NCBI GenBank assembly: GCA_951406725.2
Contig: OX597822.1
Span: 3,720,001 to 3,784,000, forward strand
Length of the DNA stretch: 64,000 nucleotides
Source of the DNA: Octopus vulgaris
Lineage: Eukaryota
Direction: 5' to 3'
How positions within the stretch are numbered: position 1 is the stretch's first letter; each line of letters begins with the position of its first letter. Both the position numbers and the translations under genes were made by a program. Below the pieces are notes generated by a model that saw only the letters and a list, made by a program, of their open reading frames with translations, ran no database searches and had not been told where the DNA came from. Below are positions 40,163 through 54,398 of this stretch, one piece after another.

Positions 40163-40600
40163 TATACGCATCAGTTGTTCACTTAAATTCGGCAGTTTCG
40201 GCATCTTTAACTCCCCAGTGACTCGTTACACCCTGACGGTAGATTTAACGATGCCTACGCTTAAGATGGTTTTTTTTTTCTGAAGGGAGAATATGGATGC
40301 AGAATCGTATCAAAGTACCAGAAAGCACAAAGTAGAGTGAATGTAGGAAAGCAGAAACAAAATCGTGCTTAAGAGATCCTATATAAAGTTAATGACTTCA
40401 AAGAAAGAAAAAACCAATGCCCTACGTTTGAATGAGTAAGTCTCACGCAGGTATACACACTTGCGCGCGTGTGTGGGTGTGTGCGTGTAGAGACCCACAC
40501 ACACACATACACACACATACACATTAGTAGCGATGCGCAAGTTGACATAGCTGAAATAATGAACCGAAAATCATTTTCAACAAATTGGAACTATTCTGTT

Positions 40601-40806
40601 TTTCTTTCATTCTTTCACTTGTTTCAGTCATTTGACTGCGGCCATGCTGGAGCACCGCCTTTAGTCGAGCAAATCGACCCCGGGACTTATTCTTTGTAAG
40701 CCCAGTACTTATTCTATCGGTCTCTTTTGCCGAACCGCTAGGTGACGGGGACGTAAACACACGAGCATCAGTTGTCAAGCAATGCTAGGGGGACAAACAC
40801 AGACAT

Positions 40807-40837
<31 letters not shown>

Positions 40838-41008
40838 CATATATACGATGGGCTTCTTTCAGTTTCCGTCTACCAAATCCACTCACAAGCCATTGGTCGG
40901 TCCGGGGTTATAGCAGAAAACACTTACCCAAGATGCCACGCAGTGGGACTGAACCCGGAACCATGTGGTTGGTTAGCAAGCTACTTACCACACAGCCACT
41001 CCTGCGCC
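40601..41008 (-). mobile_element. SINE family B, full length, with internal microsatellite
   Basis: tRNA-like head ggagtggctgtgtggtaag...gggttcagtcccact; internal (TA)n(GT)n; tail gaaacaagt plus short A-rich repeats. Confidence 0.92.
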
Positions 41009-42352
41009 TATAGCGGTACAAAGAAGATTAATTAGCGCTAATGACAATTGCCCTGCACAATGGACAAATGATAGAACTCCCAAAATGTTATTAGACCAAA
41101 AATTAAATTAAAATGTGTAGAGGAGGGGATGTTAGTTTCATTTTTGGTAGCTGTTGTGAGTTTAAAATTTTGCTGTAAAGAAAATCCCTGATCAGGCAAT
41201 TAAAAATATTGACATTGGAAAATAGCCCAAGGGAGATCCTTGATGGAGATCAATCGTTATTTCTGAGTTACAATATTTGAGGTAATGTGTCGAAAATAAT
41301 TTTTAAACTGAAATAATTGAAATTATTGCCGTAATAAGATGAAAATTAATTAGCAATAATGAACATTTCCTCTCACAAGTAGGTGTACTTACAAACTAAA
41401 TGGAATTATTGGAATACGTATATATTCTTATATTAAGAGTAAAATATCTATGCGCTATGGTGACAACCTAATAAATCAAATATCTATAACATCAGTTTTG
41501 CACAGCTATGTAATTGTCAGATGGCTTCAAACCAAAAACATTTGACTTACTAAGAGAAACAAAATCAGCTAATTTAGTATACATTCCGTATCTGTACGTA
41601 CGTAGATGATGATAAAAAAGAGAATATATCTACCACTAGTTATTGATATAATGTGAATAACTGTCATAGGTTAGTTTATTTAAATGTGAATGCAAAATTG
41701 TAATTTCAGTAAACGCTGTATTATCTTGAATAATATTTGTACCTAAATCTGCTTTCATGGTAAGGTTGAATATACATCTTTTTCAAACAAAACTTTTAAG
41801 TAGTGTTGAAAGAGAGAGAAGAAAGTGAACGGAAAATATACATGAATATAAGGTTAGCTAAAAGATAATTTCCAAACTTCTTACATTTATTTATAACCTC
41901 AGATTTGATGTTTATCTAGCTTATAGTGTTGGTGAGGTTCCTGAAGATGAAATTTTAACACCGAGTTTCCTATCTGCATATTTTAGTCCCCAAAATATAT
42001 GACAGGTACATTTTACGGAATTCCAATTCCTGCTAAAGCAAGTGTAATATCCAAGCAATTGTTAAATATCGCCGCAAACAATCGTTATCTTAGTGAGGTT
42101 TTTTTCTTCTATCTTTGCGAATGGAGTTATGGTTGAAGTATCTTTGCTTCAATCACCTTTCAATATAGCACTAAAGCATTTACAGCTGTTACCATGGCTT
42201 CTGCTGAGGCTAAAGTTATGATTCTTAGCTAACTGCTTAAATAAAGATAACAGACGCACATACGCACGTACGCAGAGTCGCACACAGAAGGGGCACATGC
42301 AAATACACAAGCATATCACACACACACACATACACATATATATACATACTCG

Positions 42353-42756
42353 TTACTCTTTTACTCTTTTACTTGTTTCAGTCATTTGACTGTGGCCACG
42401 CTGGAGCACCGCGTTTAGTCGAGCAAATCGACCCCAGGACTTATTCTGTGTAAGTCTAGTACTTATTCTATCGTTCTCTTTTGCAGAACCGCTAAGTTAC
42501 GGGGACGTAAATACACCACCATCGGTTGTCAAGCGATGTTGGGGGGACAAACACAGACATACAAACATGTACATACATATATATACATACATATATACGT
42601 CGGGCTTCTTTCAGTTTCCATCTACCAAATCCATTCACAAGGCTTTGGTCGGCCCGAGGCTATAGTAGAAGACACTTGCCTAAGGTGCCACGCAGTGGGA
42701 ATGAACCCTGAACCATGTGGTAGGTAAGCAAGCTACTTACCACACCGCCACTCCTG
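42353..42756 (-). mobile_element. SINE family B, full length
   Basis: Collinear with 40601-41008. Confidence 0.92.
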
Positions 42757-43599
42757 TGGGTATCTATATGTGAGTATATGTATATAAGCATATATGACAG
42801 TGGATATTGAAAAGAACACCAGGCTCAGCTTACCGGCTAATAATCGGAAACAAGCAACTCTAAGTAAGGGAAATTGGAATCTTTCAGTTATGATTTATTA
42901 AAACATACTATGCCCTTTGTATTGAGTCCCCTAATTTATCGCTGCAAGTGAGCCACCGAGATTTATATATACACGCACACACACACTAAACAGGTAGAAA
43001 TATAAAAGAAAAAAGAAGTTGAAAGTGCACTGGGAGGTTAGTTTGGAAGGCTTAGGCAGTTTTACAGATTTTTATGGTTCTCAATAGTTAAGAGAAATAG
43101 AGAGACGTGAGGCTACGCAGCAACTGCCTTGCTTTTGACTGGATTTCGAAAATTCTTTTTTTTTAAATTGAGAGAACATAGCTGGAATTAGTATCTGTTT
43201 AAGAACAAATTTAATTGGCAGAGGATGGTCAAGTAATTAAACTTAGAAATGTGTGTAAGTTACCCGTTACGTCCGTACGTTATTACCATGTGTCAATATT
43301 TTTTGTACTGTAGGTTAAGACTGATGCGATTAAGTGAACATGTCTAATAACAGTCCTAAACGATCTACATTTATTCCATCAAGTGTTACAGTGGACAGGA
43401 TATGTTTGTACGTAGTTCAGTAGCTGAATGGTTGTGATTTGCTATATGTATAGAGGCATAAATTTTTGTTCTCTTATAAATTCGAAGGAGAAAAGTCATG
43501 ATTGTGTCCAATGTTTAGTGTATTGGCTGTGTAAACCTATAATGTTTTGTGGAAGAATGAGTTTGTCTTTGTAGCTCTTAGTGAAAGTACTTTGTTAGA

Positions 43600-44800
43600 A
43601 GTTATTCATTCGTGGTTTGCATTTTTCTATGAATGTATTTTCTTCATTTACTTGTGTTTGATCTGTGATATTGACTGAACAAAAACAAAGCGGCAAGACT
43701 TGGAATTTGAAGGACTCAATTTTTTCCCATGTACGTCTCATATGGCACTGGGGTCTCATATTTATTGACTATGAATAGCCTGTCTATTTCTGAGAGTAAG
43801 TTGTGTCTGACCTCTGTCATTCTCATTACATCTTTTACATCTTTTAATATCATACATCAAAACCTTTGACGAACAGGTAAAATGAATTTTTATGGTAAAA
43901 AATATGTCATTTAAATGTACATGCTTTCTTTGCAAGGAGGTTGATGAAGATCCCACAGTTAGGGCGGCCACGCCTATTGGCTATTGGCGTTAGGTTTGTG
44001 GTAATTTAGCGCTGGTGAGTAGTATTTTGGGTGATATTGATTCTCTTGCGCTTTTGATTATTTCGTGTATTTCGAATGCGTGCTTAGGGATTGTCTTATT
44101 AGTGGTGAGTTCTGGTGGATAATGTTGCAAACTCCTGTAATTTGGGGATCATGTGTTGTAATATAGGGTACAGTTTTGGGTGTTTCTGAAATGTTTGTGT
44201 TTTTCGTAGTTCTTGAATTGCTTTGGCACATTCTATTTGACACACTCTATTAACATTGATGCATATTGTATTTCGAGTAGTATTTGTTTTAATTCCTGAA
44301 TTCTTTAATCCGAATTTTGCAAATTGAAACAATTGTTCTTGTTAGCTTAAATTAAATCTTCGTGTGTTTGGGATGAAATGTAAACAGTAGGTATTGTTTA
44401 GAATCTGTTGCTTGTAATGATTGTCTGTTTCAATGCGTGTGTTTGTTTTGATGATTAGAATTTCCAGGAACGGTCGTTGAGTTTTATTGTATTCCATGGT
44501 GAAGTTAATACTTTTGCTTATACATTTAATTTGGTTTTTCATGTGAATAATCTGTTCAAATGTTTGCATCCAGTTTCCAGTTTTCTAGTAAATATATATC
44601 AAAATCTAAGCAGTATTTTAGCTTACAATGTTCATATATCTGGACCTCCATGTATCTCACGACTGAATTGGCATAAGTTGGAGTAATATTTTTAGCCTAA
44701 AAATCCCGACTAAAACGACAACACGTTGAACCTAGAGTTTCTAAAGACCGAAAGAAATCTGCTCCACACTCTCAATTCTATTCAACAAACTCGACCAGAT
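43600..44800 (-). mobile_element. Decayed Penelope-like element (RT C-terminal part plus GIY-YIG endonuclease)
   Basis: INFTMEYNKTQRPFLEILIIKTNTRIETD (PLE RT FTME/LPFLD); FTCSSKVLMY...CKRCNENDRGQTQLTLRNRQAIH (GIY-YIG region); C-terminal E..FIEKCKPRMN near 43605. Confidence 0.85.
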
Positions 44801-45060
44801 ACAAACCTACACAAAAGAATTTTATGAAGTAGGAAAGAATACTCAATCCCTTACGCAATAATGTTCCAGTGATCTGATGGCTGCAATGATACGATAATGG
44901 ACAACTGCATAGTACAATGCGTAGCATGCATATTGGAGCAGATAAATAGAATAATTTATACTCTGAAATCATTATTACATAGTAATGGCTGCGAATGGCT
45001 ATAATTCTAAGTATAAGAAGTGGTTAAATAAATATATTTACCTCTCATACTTCCTGACTA

Positions 45061-45272
45061 TTTACTCTTTTACTCTTTTACTTGTTTCAGTCATTTGACT
45101 TTGGCCATGCTGGAGCACCGCCTTTATTCGAGCAAATCGACCACAGGACTTATTCTTTGTAAGCCTAGTACTTATTCTATCGGTATCTTTTGCCGAACCG
45201 CTAAGTTACGGGGACGTAAACACAGCAGCATCGGTTGTCAAGCGATGCTGGGGGACAAACACCGACACAGAA

Positions 45273-45339
<67 letters not shown>

Positions 45340-45518
45340 GCAATTAAGGACAACTACTTAATAAGGAAAACTTAACAAGAAATTGTCAGGTAGATAGCGT
45401 GAAAAATTGCATTCGGTGGGATTAGTAATATTTTTGGTAGAAATGACTAATTGTCCCTCTTAGCGTGTGGCATGTATGTATAATGCCCTCTGGCATGTAT
45501 GTATAATGCCCTCTATAT

Positions 45519-45567
<49 letters not shown>

Positions 45568-45729
45568 GATGAGCTTCTTTCAGTTTCCGTCTACCAAATC
45601 CATTCACAAGGCTTTGGTCGGCCCGAGGCTATAGTAGAAGACACTTGCCCAAGGTACCATGCAGTGGGACTGAACCTGGAACCATGTGGTTGGTAAGCAA
45701 GCTACTTACCACACAGCCACTCCTACGCC
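45061..45729 (-). mobile_element. SINE family B with a foreign insert inside its internal (TA)n
   Basis: Both halves match 40601-41008; about 180 bp of unrelated sequence at 45337-45515. Confidence 0.9.
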
Positions 45730-47249
45730 TATGACTGTTTATCGTTTATGTATTCCACATGAAATAATTTCATTACTCGAATCTCTTAAACTTCAGCTGC
45801 ATAGAACTCTAGATAATATGGATTATAATCCTGTGTATGGGATTACTATGTGATATGATAGCTGGGTTCACTAGAAGAGTTTTCTGTGATAGCTACAAGA
45901 TTTTATGAATCCATATATTCCGCTACAATTTTAAAGCAGAATATCAATAAATACATAAAAACACATTCTAGCACAGGCATACTCACTGTACAGTTCTGTA
46001 TGCACCCACAGATCCATCCACCCACTGATCCATCCACCCACACACGTACGCCCACACAAGTGCATGGACACATTACATAAAGAGATACAGAGACAGAGAC
46101 AGAGAGAGAGAGATCATCATAAAGCAACTATGTAATTATTGACGTTACTCCTAGTAACAATTGTATTTACTCATGTCGCCATCGGTCATTATATTTCTAT
46201 CGATTTTTTTTACATCTGGTTTTGGTTTTATGATGAAGTTTATGTCTAGGATCAGAAATTTTTAAGTAAAGAGACTTAATGTCTGCTGAGTTACAGGCTG
46301 TGAGGTGAGGATTTCGCGTCGTTTTATCAACCCTGTTCTCTGTCATCCCAAATGAAGAGAAGTGGTTATGCATGAACTTCGGGACTTTAGCATAAATATA
46401 GTTTGTTATATGAGATAAATTTGCCAACTTTTTCAAAGATAAAACAGCGAACTCAGAGAGACACCCTTAATGGCTTAATACAATCTGCAGTTGCTACTGT
46501 TTAGCTGTTCGTCAGTCCTGACTGCAAAATATTATATCAATACAGGAATATGCTTGAAAGTGGCGTGTGATTACCAATGAAACGGTGAGGTACTGGCGGC
46601 GTCTATAATTTTTTCTCTTCTTATTTCTTTAGATTCTACATCATCTAACCTATCGTAAAAATTGTGACAATTTTGCCTGGCGTCGGATACTGCGGTTCCC
46701 TGTAGATCCTTTCGGCCTCCTCCCACGACCAGGCCGTCATTGTGCTGGTGGCCTTTCACGCCATGTCGCCCTTAACAAATTCCTTAAGCATGGCCTAGAA
46801 ACCACAGGCTTCCCTTCCTCGGCTTGATCCAGCGGGGCTTGACAGAGGGGACAGTAAAAGGTCGGAATACATGACAATTTTCCCGTTCCGTAAAGACAGT
46901 CTCCTCTTTTAGGACGCTACATGGTGTGACATCTTCTCCGGCAGCAGCTTGGTGCTGTCAGCTCGAGTGGGGAAAAGCGGTACCGGTCGCTCTCCGACAG
47001 GTTTATGGTCCAGCCTATGACAGTCGCGACCACCGGCGTTCTTGCACCCTAACCATATCCCCACTCATCGCTGAATCGGGTAGATCGTTGTCCGTATGAG
47101 TCAGAGTAAACTGTTTCAGCGCATCTCCCTTGCGGTCGTCCGAAGCAACGCCTTTTCTATTTTGTCTCCGGCGTCCGCGGAGGTAAATTATGACGTTTGC
47201 CAGCAGGTTTCATCAAAACAACAACACAGTCTTCAATCTCGCATAAAGT

Positions 47250-47283
<34 letters not shown>

Positions 47284-48049
47284 TGATAATAAGAAAAATA
47301 TAAATCAATATATAATGATATATATATTCATTTAAATACGGGAAGTTTAATGACAAAATCTACACCGGTGAACTAGGCATAAAAAAAAAAAAAACGAAGA
47401 AAATGTGTATAACTAAATCCATGCTCCCCTGTTGCTTCCAATCCAATCCAAATTTTGCGAGGCTCTTTACATTGTTAGGTGTATGAGTGAACAGCTCAGT
47501 TTAATAAACACCTGTTTCTCCTCTCTCTTTCAATTGGTTCTGCATATCATTTTTATATAGAAAGCCGAATGCATAAACAGTTGTATACTTTCATTATTTT
47601 CTCACTACCTCCGGTGCTAAATGCGCGACATGGCATTTAAATGACGTACATAAAAAAAAAAAATAATAGTAAATAAGACTATACAAATGCTTCTCTGCCT
47701 ATAGAGCGTTTATCATCTGACTCATAGAGAATTGCTGAAGAAGCGCCACCCACGCAAGCTTTGCCAAGTTTACCAAGCGCAGTTTCCTTCTGGTTGATTA
47801 GCCTAAATTCAAGGGGGTACTCCAGCATGACCGCAGTGAAATGACTGAAATAAGTAAAAGAATAAACGAATAACAGAATATATTCATGTATACAAACATG
47901 GCAGTATGGTTCAGAAGCTCGTTTTACACCAACAGAGTTAGGAAAATCCCTTTGCTGTCACAAGTAAAATAATGAATGAAGAGTGATTTCATATTTTGGC
48001 AGTATTTTGCCTGGTGTACTAACGTTCCGGCCAGCTCACCAGCTTAAAA

Positions 48050-48268
48050 TAATCCTTTCTCCTAAAGACACAAGGCTTGGAATTTGGGGGATGGCGATAG
48101 TCGATTAGATTGGGCTCATTGTTCAACTGGTACTTATTCTATCGACCCCGAAAGGATGAAAGGCAAAGTCAACCTCGACGGAATTTGAAGTCAGAACGTA
48201 AAAACGGACGAAATGCAGCTAAGCATTAAACCCAGCGTGCTAACACTCTCTGCCAGCTCGCCGCCTTG
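48050..48268 (-). mobile_element. SINE family D monomer
   Basis: Head aaggcggcgagctggcaga; core atcgaccccgaaaggatgaaaggcaaagtc; tail aatcctttct. Confidence 0.88.
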
Positions 48269-48787
48269 AAAAAATAATAACAATAATAATAATGAATATT
48301 GGAAATAAATTAAGAGTAATATTTTTCACTACCATTTCCATAATTTAAAATGCATCAGCTTGGGGTATGAAACTCAAATGTGCCGACATTATGGACTTGG
48401 ATAAGTTAGTGGTAAAATATTATTTGTTGTAGGCATTCCCTGATGGTTTTGTTACGTGAAACTAAAATATTAAGGTAATAGCAATGTGGCTGATATATTG
48501 CTTGTTAATGAAGAAAGGGTCAGCTAATCTCCTATTTCAACACTTGAGTTTCAAATGCTATTACGTCCTAACAACTCATTAATGGTTAATTGGATTTTAA
48601 CACGTATGTTTGTGTATTTCGTGAAATAGTAATACACATATACTTATATGCACACAGACACATAGGCATACTCGCACACAAACACATATACACTCGTGTA
48701 CATGTATGTAGATATATATATATATGTATGTATAATACTGTATACATTAATTCTTAACTCCTCCCTGTACATTGGAACGTAGACATA

Positions 48788-48837
<50 letters not shown>

Positions 48838-48854
48838 GAGATAGAGAGAAAGAG

Positions 48855-48891
<37 letters not shown>

Positions 48892-48964
48892 TAGCTGGCT
48901 GGCTGGCTGGATGGATGGATGTGTATGTATGTGTGTATGCATGTATGTATGTATAAACCTAGAT

Positions 48965-49171
48965 TCAAATTGAACATACCATTCCGGAATGTGCGAACAC
49001 TTGTTGATAATCTAAATGAATCGTCCCTGAAACGTAGAACTACATTAGTATCTTCGGAACTACTAAGTTACAGCATTGATATCATTATTGCTGTTTGTTT
49101 TCGAAGAATCATCTTCCGGAGAGCAGACACCTGCAAGTGTGTGTGTGTGGTGGGGGAGACCGTTGTTGTTG

Positions 49172-49203
<32 letters not shown>

Positions 49204-50560
49204 GGTGGTGGTGGTGGTGGTGGTGGTGGCGGTGGTGGCGGTGGTGGTGGTAGAGGACACAATTTCTTTCGAAAATGACGGAAAGATCAAGATAATAAAG
49301 ACGCAGGTGTAAGTTTCGTGATCCGCACAGACTTAGTTCACAGGTAAACAGAATTCCCCCGTGGTGTTGGTGTTGGTGAATGATTGTTGACACCGTGACT
49401 GCTCCTATGCATTGGACGATATGCATCAGCGTGTATGTTCCTACACTTGCTTGTGATAAAGTTAACAAAAGTGATTGTTTAAGACTTCATAAAATACTTA
49501 TTACAATATATTCCTGATAGTGATAAACTTATTAATGTGAGACACTTTTATGCTCAAGTTAGAATCGAATGAGACACTTGAAGCTGCTTGGGAAGTTATA
49601 GTGTCGAAGAAGTCTTCTATAATGCTTTACTTTCGCTGGAGTTATGTTCTGAGTTTTGCCTGCATATCTCAAGCACACAATCCGAATGAAAACGTGATCA
49701 TGTCATAACTTGGATGCATCCAGGTTCCTGCCTGTGGCATTTAATGTGAGATATGCTGTACGTCCGCAATGTCCGTTCTTTATGTAGCACTGAACCCTGG
49801 ACTGACCATGCTTTGATAAGAACCAGACGAGAGATGATTGATAATAACACCGGTCGACAGAAATTATAATAGGAATTCTGAAGCCGTTTGGGTGTTTGAA
49901 AACTCCATTCGCCACGTGTGCTCTAGAGTAATAAATGGCACATTGTCATACGACACTGTTAGAGATTACCCTTATTACGCAGCGCAGGAAATTCTTGGTA
50001 CAACTCCAGCAAATAGTGGAGACTGGCTTGATGAAAGCGACTAAACCCTAAAAACAGTGCTTCCAGAGAAAAATTGATATACTTCGTAAAAGTTGCAAGA
50101 AACGATTTCAAAGAAAAGGCATCTTCAGCTGCAAGAAAATTTCAAGTGTGCATGATTCACAGTTCAACGCACTCTGTGAGCTATGCGGATCCACTGGTGA
50201 TCAAGACTGGCGACTATCATAAAAATAGCAGCTAATACGAAAAAAAAATAGTGCTTTATAGTTTGATGAAGTAATCCTTTGGACCGATATCTACGATGAT
50301 GGTCCCTCTTAGGTCTAAGAAAGAAAGTGTTCTGCTTGTGTGCAGAGAAATCATATCTAAGAGAGGGAAGGAAAATTTCGATGAGCTGCTAAACAGAAAA
50401 TCCTAAGTCGAACCTACATAGAGTGAAAATATTCAGCGAATACAAACTACCAACCACAGACAGATTAAGCAATTCATTCGTGAAAAAGTTGCTGGTAAAG
50501 ATGTCCTTTCTGTAGAGGTTTATAACTTTGGCGGTGAAAGATTATCAAATATTATATTAG
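48965..50560 (+). mobile_element. Decayed RTE (BovB-like) LINE, endonuclease to start of RT, split by (GTT)n(GGT)n
   Basis: LNIPFRNVRTLVDN...KRRTTLVSSELLSYSIDI (RTE APE N-terminus), ISVYVPTL, VPLRSK, KVAGKDVLSVEVYNFGG. Confidence 0.8.
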
Positions 50561-50831
50561 GCACAACATAATTCTGTATGATCTCTCTTTTATTTGTATC
50601 AGTTATTGGACTGCATCCATGTAGGGCACTGAAACAAAGAGACCCAGTGCTTGATGTTATTTTATTTTTCAGTTAAGTCTGTCTTTCCTTTTCGCCGAAT
50701 TGGTGTGTGACCGGTTTTCAAGAAGTGGTGGGAATATACACAAAGACAGAAATAAATACATGCACATACATACAAACATATACGCATACTCACACACACA
50801 TGCACAAGCACATATACATACATACACATGC

Positions 50832-50905
<74 letters not shown>

Positions 50906-52520
50906 GAGTGAGAGAAAGTGAGGGGTAAAATATGAAGTAAGTGGAGAGGTATGAGATAAATATATCTATTTTCAACTATATATATCCAAAGGGTGTTTCG
51001 CAGCCAACATCATGAAAAGATAATCTAATTTTACTGTATGATAAATTTACATGCCTTCACCAGTTTGTATGCTATAATTTTCATAATATTATTGTACATC
51101 TTACAAACGAATGCAGATATAGAAGCCTAGCCCTTCAGATCAACAGAATATTATGGTTACATCAGTTGTTCTATTCCAGTATACACATACAAACATTCAT
51201 TTTCAAATTTTTAATGTACGGAAGACAATAATTAATTTTAAAAAATTACTGTAGAGGCGAAGAAAAGAGATATTGTAAGACAAAAGGAAATTATGAGTAG
51301 TGGTAGTGAATGCGAAAATGATGTATATATTTCGTTCTAGATCATCAGGCTGAACACGAGAAGGACGATTTATAATTTCCTAGCAACTAGAATACTGAAA
51401 TCTTGAAATTCCATTCACTCAGATCACCGAATTTTTATAATATTTTCGAGTGAAATATGAAATTCTAGATTATGAAACATTATTTAGAGTTTTAAAATGG
51501 CTTTACTGTAGAAACATACAATAACATATTTTTCTTTTTATTATGCTTTCTCGCAATAACTATTTTAAAAGAAAATCGCTCTTTAAAAAACATATATAAT
51601 TGCAGAGTTTATTAGAGAAACATAACACTCTTTTTTATTACGCTACGTCAAAATGATTATTTTAAGAGGGAAATAAGAACAATGGTCTTTAAAACGTTTA
51701 TTCATAGTTTAAAACAGATGCTTCAATGGGAGGCATTTAAACATGTTTTCTCTTATTTTGTTCTGTCAAAATAAAATAGGCAAGGACCATAATAGTGTGC
51801 ATAATAACAATATGTTACTAATAAATATATATTATAGGGATTCGCTATCAGAGAGAAGCGGTAATTTTAATAGTTCATTTATCGAATACTTCTTTCCTAT
51901 AAAACTGAGTATTTTTTGAATTATTTATTTCCAAACATATTGTATTTATAATGGGTAGAATAGATTGTTAGAGCTACGTAGGTTTATCGAATGGTGGAGA
52001 GAGTAAATAAAATGATTGATAAATGCTATACTCCAGTAATATCTATCAAAGATGAATATTTAATTGTTTACACTTGTATGTTTGTGTCGTTGTGTATTTG
52101 TATGTTTTGCTTTCGTGTACCTGTATGCACGCACACAAACACACACACATACACACACACACACAAACATGCAGGTTCACACACATATATATGTGTTTGT
52201 ATGTGAATGTAGATGAGTGTGTACCTGTGTGTGTGTGTGTTTGGACATGTATATCTAGGCATAATTGCGTTTAGATATGTAACTATATGTAACTATATAC
52301 GCATGTGTCTATATAATGTGCGTGTCTATATGCACAAGCGTCTGCATCATCGCATACAAACGCAAGTATGTATGAATATGCGTGGGTCTATGCAGTAGAT
52401 ATGCACGCACATACTCGCTTGAATGCCTGTCTGATTGTGTGCAGGACTATGTGTGTGTGTGTGCGTATACATATATGTATATGTATATACATATATATAT
52501 GTATGTACATATATATATAC

Positions 52521-52556
<36 letters not shown>

Positions 52557-52597
52557 CTATATGTATATATACATATGTATAAATATATCTATATATC

Positions 52598-52646
<49 letters not shown>

Positions 52647-53105
52647 ACATTAATATATATATATACATATATACATATATATATATTTATATATATAAAT
52701 GTGTGTGTGTGTGTATGTATGCATATATGTGTGTGTGTGTGAGTGTGTATGCATATGGCGGCTGTATGAATGCATTTGTTGATATGGTATTTCCTGTTAC
52801 GAGTTTCATAGTGCGATACGCGCGTGTGTGTGTCTGTGTGTGTATGTGTATGTGTGTGTGTGATCTGTGTATGTGTGCTGTGTGTGGGCGTGTGTGTGTG
52901 TATGCATGTGTGTATGTGTGTAATGTGGTTGTTATGGTTACGTTGACCTTCTCCTTGCCCTGATTTATCGTTTACAAAACAGCAGAACCAACGCCGTCCA
53001 CTCAGCAGCAATTTGAAGTAACAAAACTGGGACAATGCATTTACAGTCAGTCGAAGTATTTGTTGAGCAGGTGTTTGCAGATACAGCTTATAATGGTTGG
53101 TTTGT

Positions 53106-53169
<64 letters not shown>

Positions 53170-53420
53170 CAGCAGCAGCAGTAGCAGCAGCAGCAGTAGT
53201 AGTAGTAGTTGTAGTAGTAGTAGTAGAAAAAGAAGAAGAAGAAGAAAAAGATCTTTTTAGTGGTGTTGGCAGTTGTTGTTAGGGTGGTGGTTGTACTGGT
53301 GGTTGTAGTGGTGGTGCAGGTCGTGACTTTGGTGGTGGTGTTTGCGGCACAGTCTGCGTTGTTGTTGTTGTCGTTGTTGTGGGTGGTGGTGGTGATCGGC
53401 GGCGGTGGCGGCGTTGGTGA
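53106..53420. repeat. (TAG)n/(CAG)n/(GAA)n/(GGT)n compound microsatellite
   Basis: Directly read. Confidence 0.95.
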
Positions 53421-53423
53421 TGA

Positions 53424-53968
53424 CAGTTTTTTTCTAGCGATGTCATATGAAATTGTCACCCATAATTATGACCCTAGAATCGATCTATTGCATTTCAATC
53501 TGTTTTAGGGTTAGGCTTAGTTAGGGTTAGGGTTAGGGGTGAGGGGAATGGTATCTTTTTTTCTTCACAAATGTAAATAAACCCAATCTGTTTCTTAGAC
53601 GAGGGACATATTCATACCGCATAGAATACTTTTTAAATCAACAGACATCTCTTTCTCTTGGCTTTATTTAGAAAATTCTATAGTTTGTAAGATATTTGTT
53701 GTTGTTTTTCTTCAATTTCTGTAATTTCAACCAATCACTGACGTCTATTGAGGTAAAAAAACATACTATGCCGTATGAATATGTCCCTCGTTTAAGAAAC
53801 AGATTGGGTTTATTTACATTTGTGAAGAAAAAAAAAAGATACCCTTCCCCCCTAACCCTAACCCTAAAATAGATTGAAATGCAATAGATCGATTCTAGGT
53901 TCATAATTATGGGTGACAATTTCATATAACACCGCTAGAAAAAACTGCCGTTCAAACCGAAAAGATCC
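53424..53968. mobile_element. Fold-back variant of the 7070 MITE with about 215-bp inverted arms and (TTAGGG)n/(CCCTAA)n
   Basis: 53424-53649 is an inverted copy of 53740-53947; right TIR intact (...aaagatcc), left terminus missing. Confidence 0.88.
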
Positions 53969-54398
53969 ATTTTTTTATTTTAACAGAATATCTACGTTAA
54001 AGTGGCGATAAATACTACCTCGCTGTTTTTATAATATTAGTCACTGAGATGAAAACATCTTTTCCTCACCACATAATTATTTCTAAGTTTTTCATGTGGG
54101 TGGTGCCCTTGAATAATTACTTTCAGTACTTATTATTGAAAGATATGCTAATTATTCACAATTGTTAAAGTATATATCTACTCAGTCACTCTCGTACCGC
54201 TACTTACGTTGAAGTGAAAGCTTCGCTGGGGAAGTTAAATATACCCAGAATTGTGTCACGTACTTGCTGGAATAATTAAGATAACGTGAATCATTGCGCT
54301 CATATTACATTTTACCGCATATATATTTCTAATTAACCTTTCTTTTTTATTTATGTTCACCACATTGACTATATAAATTAATATATCTGAGACCCCCC

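Noticed and set aside
46620-47200. GC-rich segment as a gene
   Set aside because: No long ORF or recognisable motif; probably a decayed retroelement fragment, but I could not assign it.
51440-51760. Faint repeat of roughly 100-bp period
   Set aside because: Too degenerate in AT-rich sequence to support without alignment.
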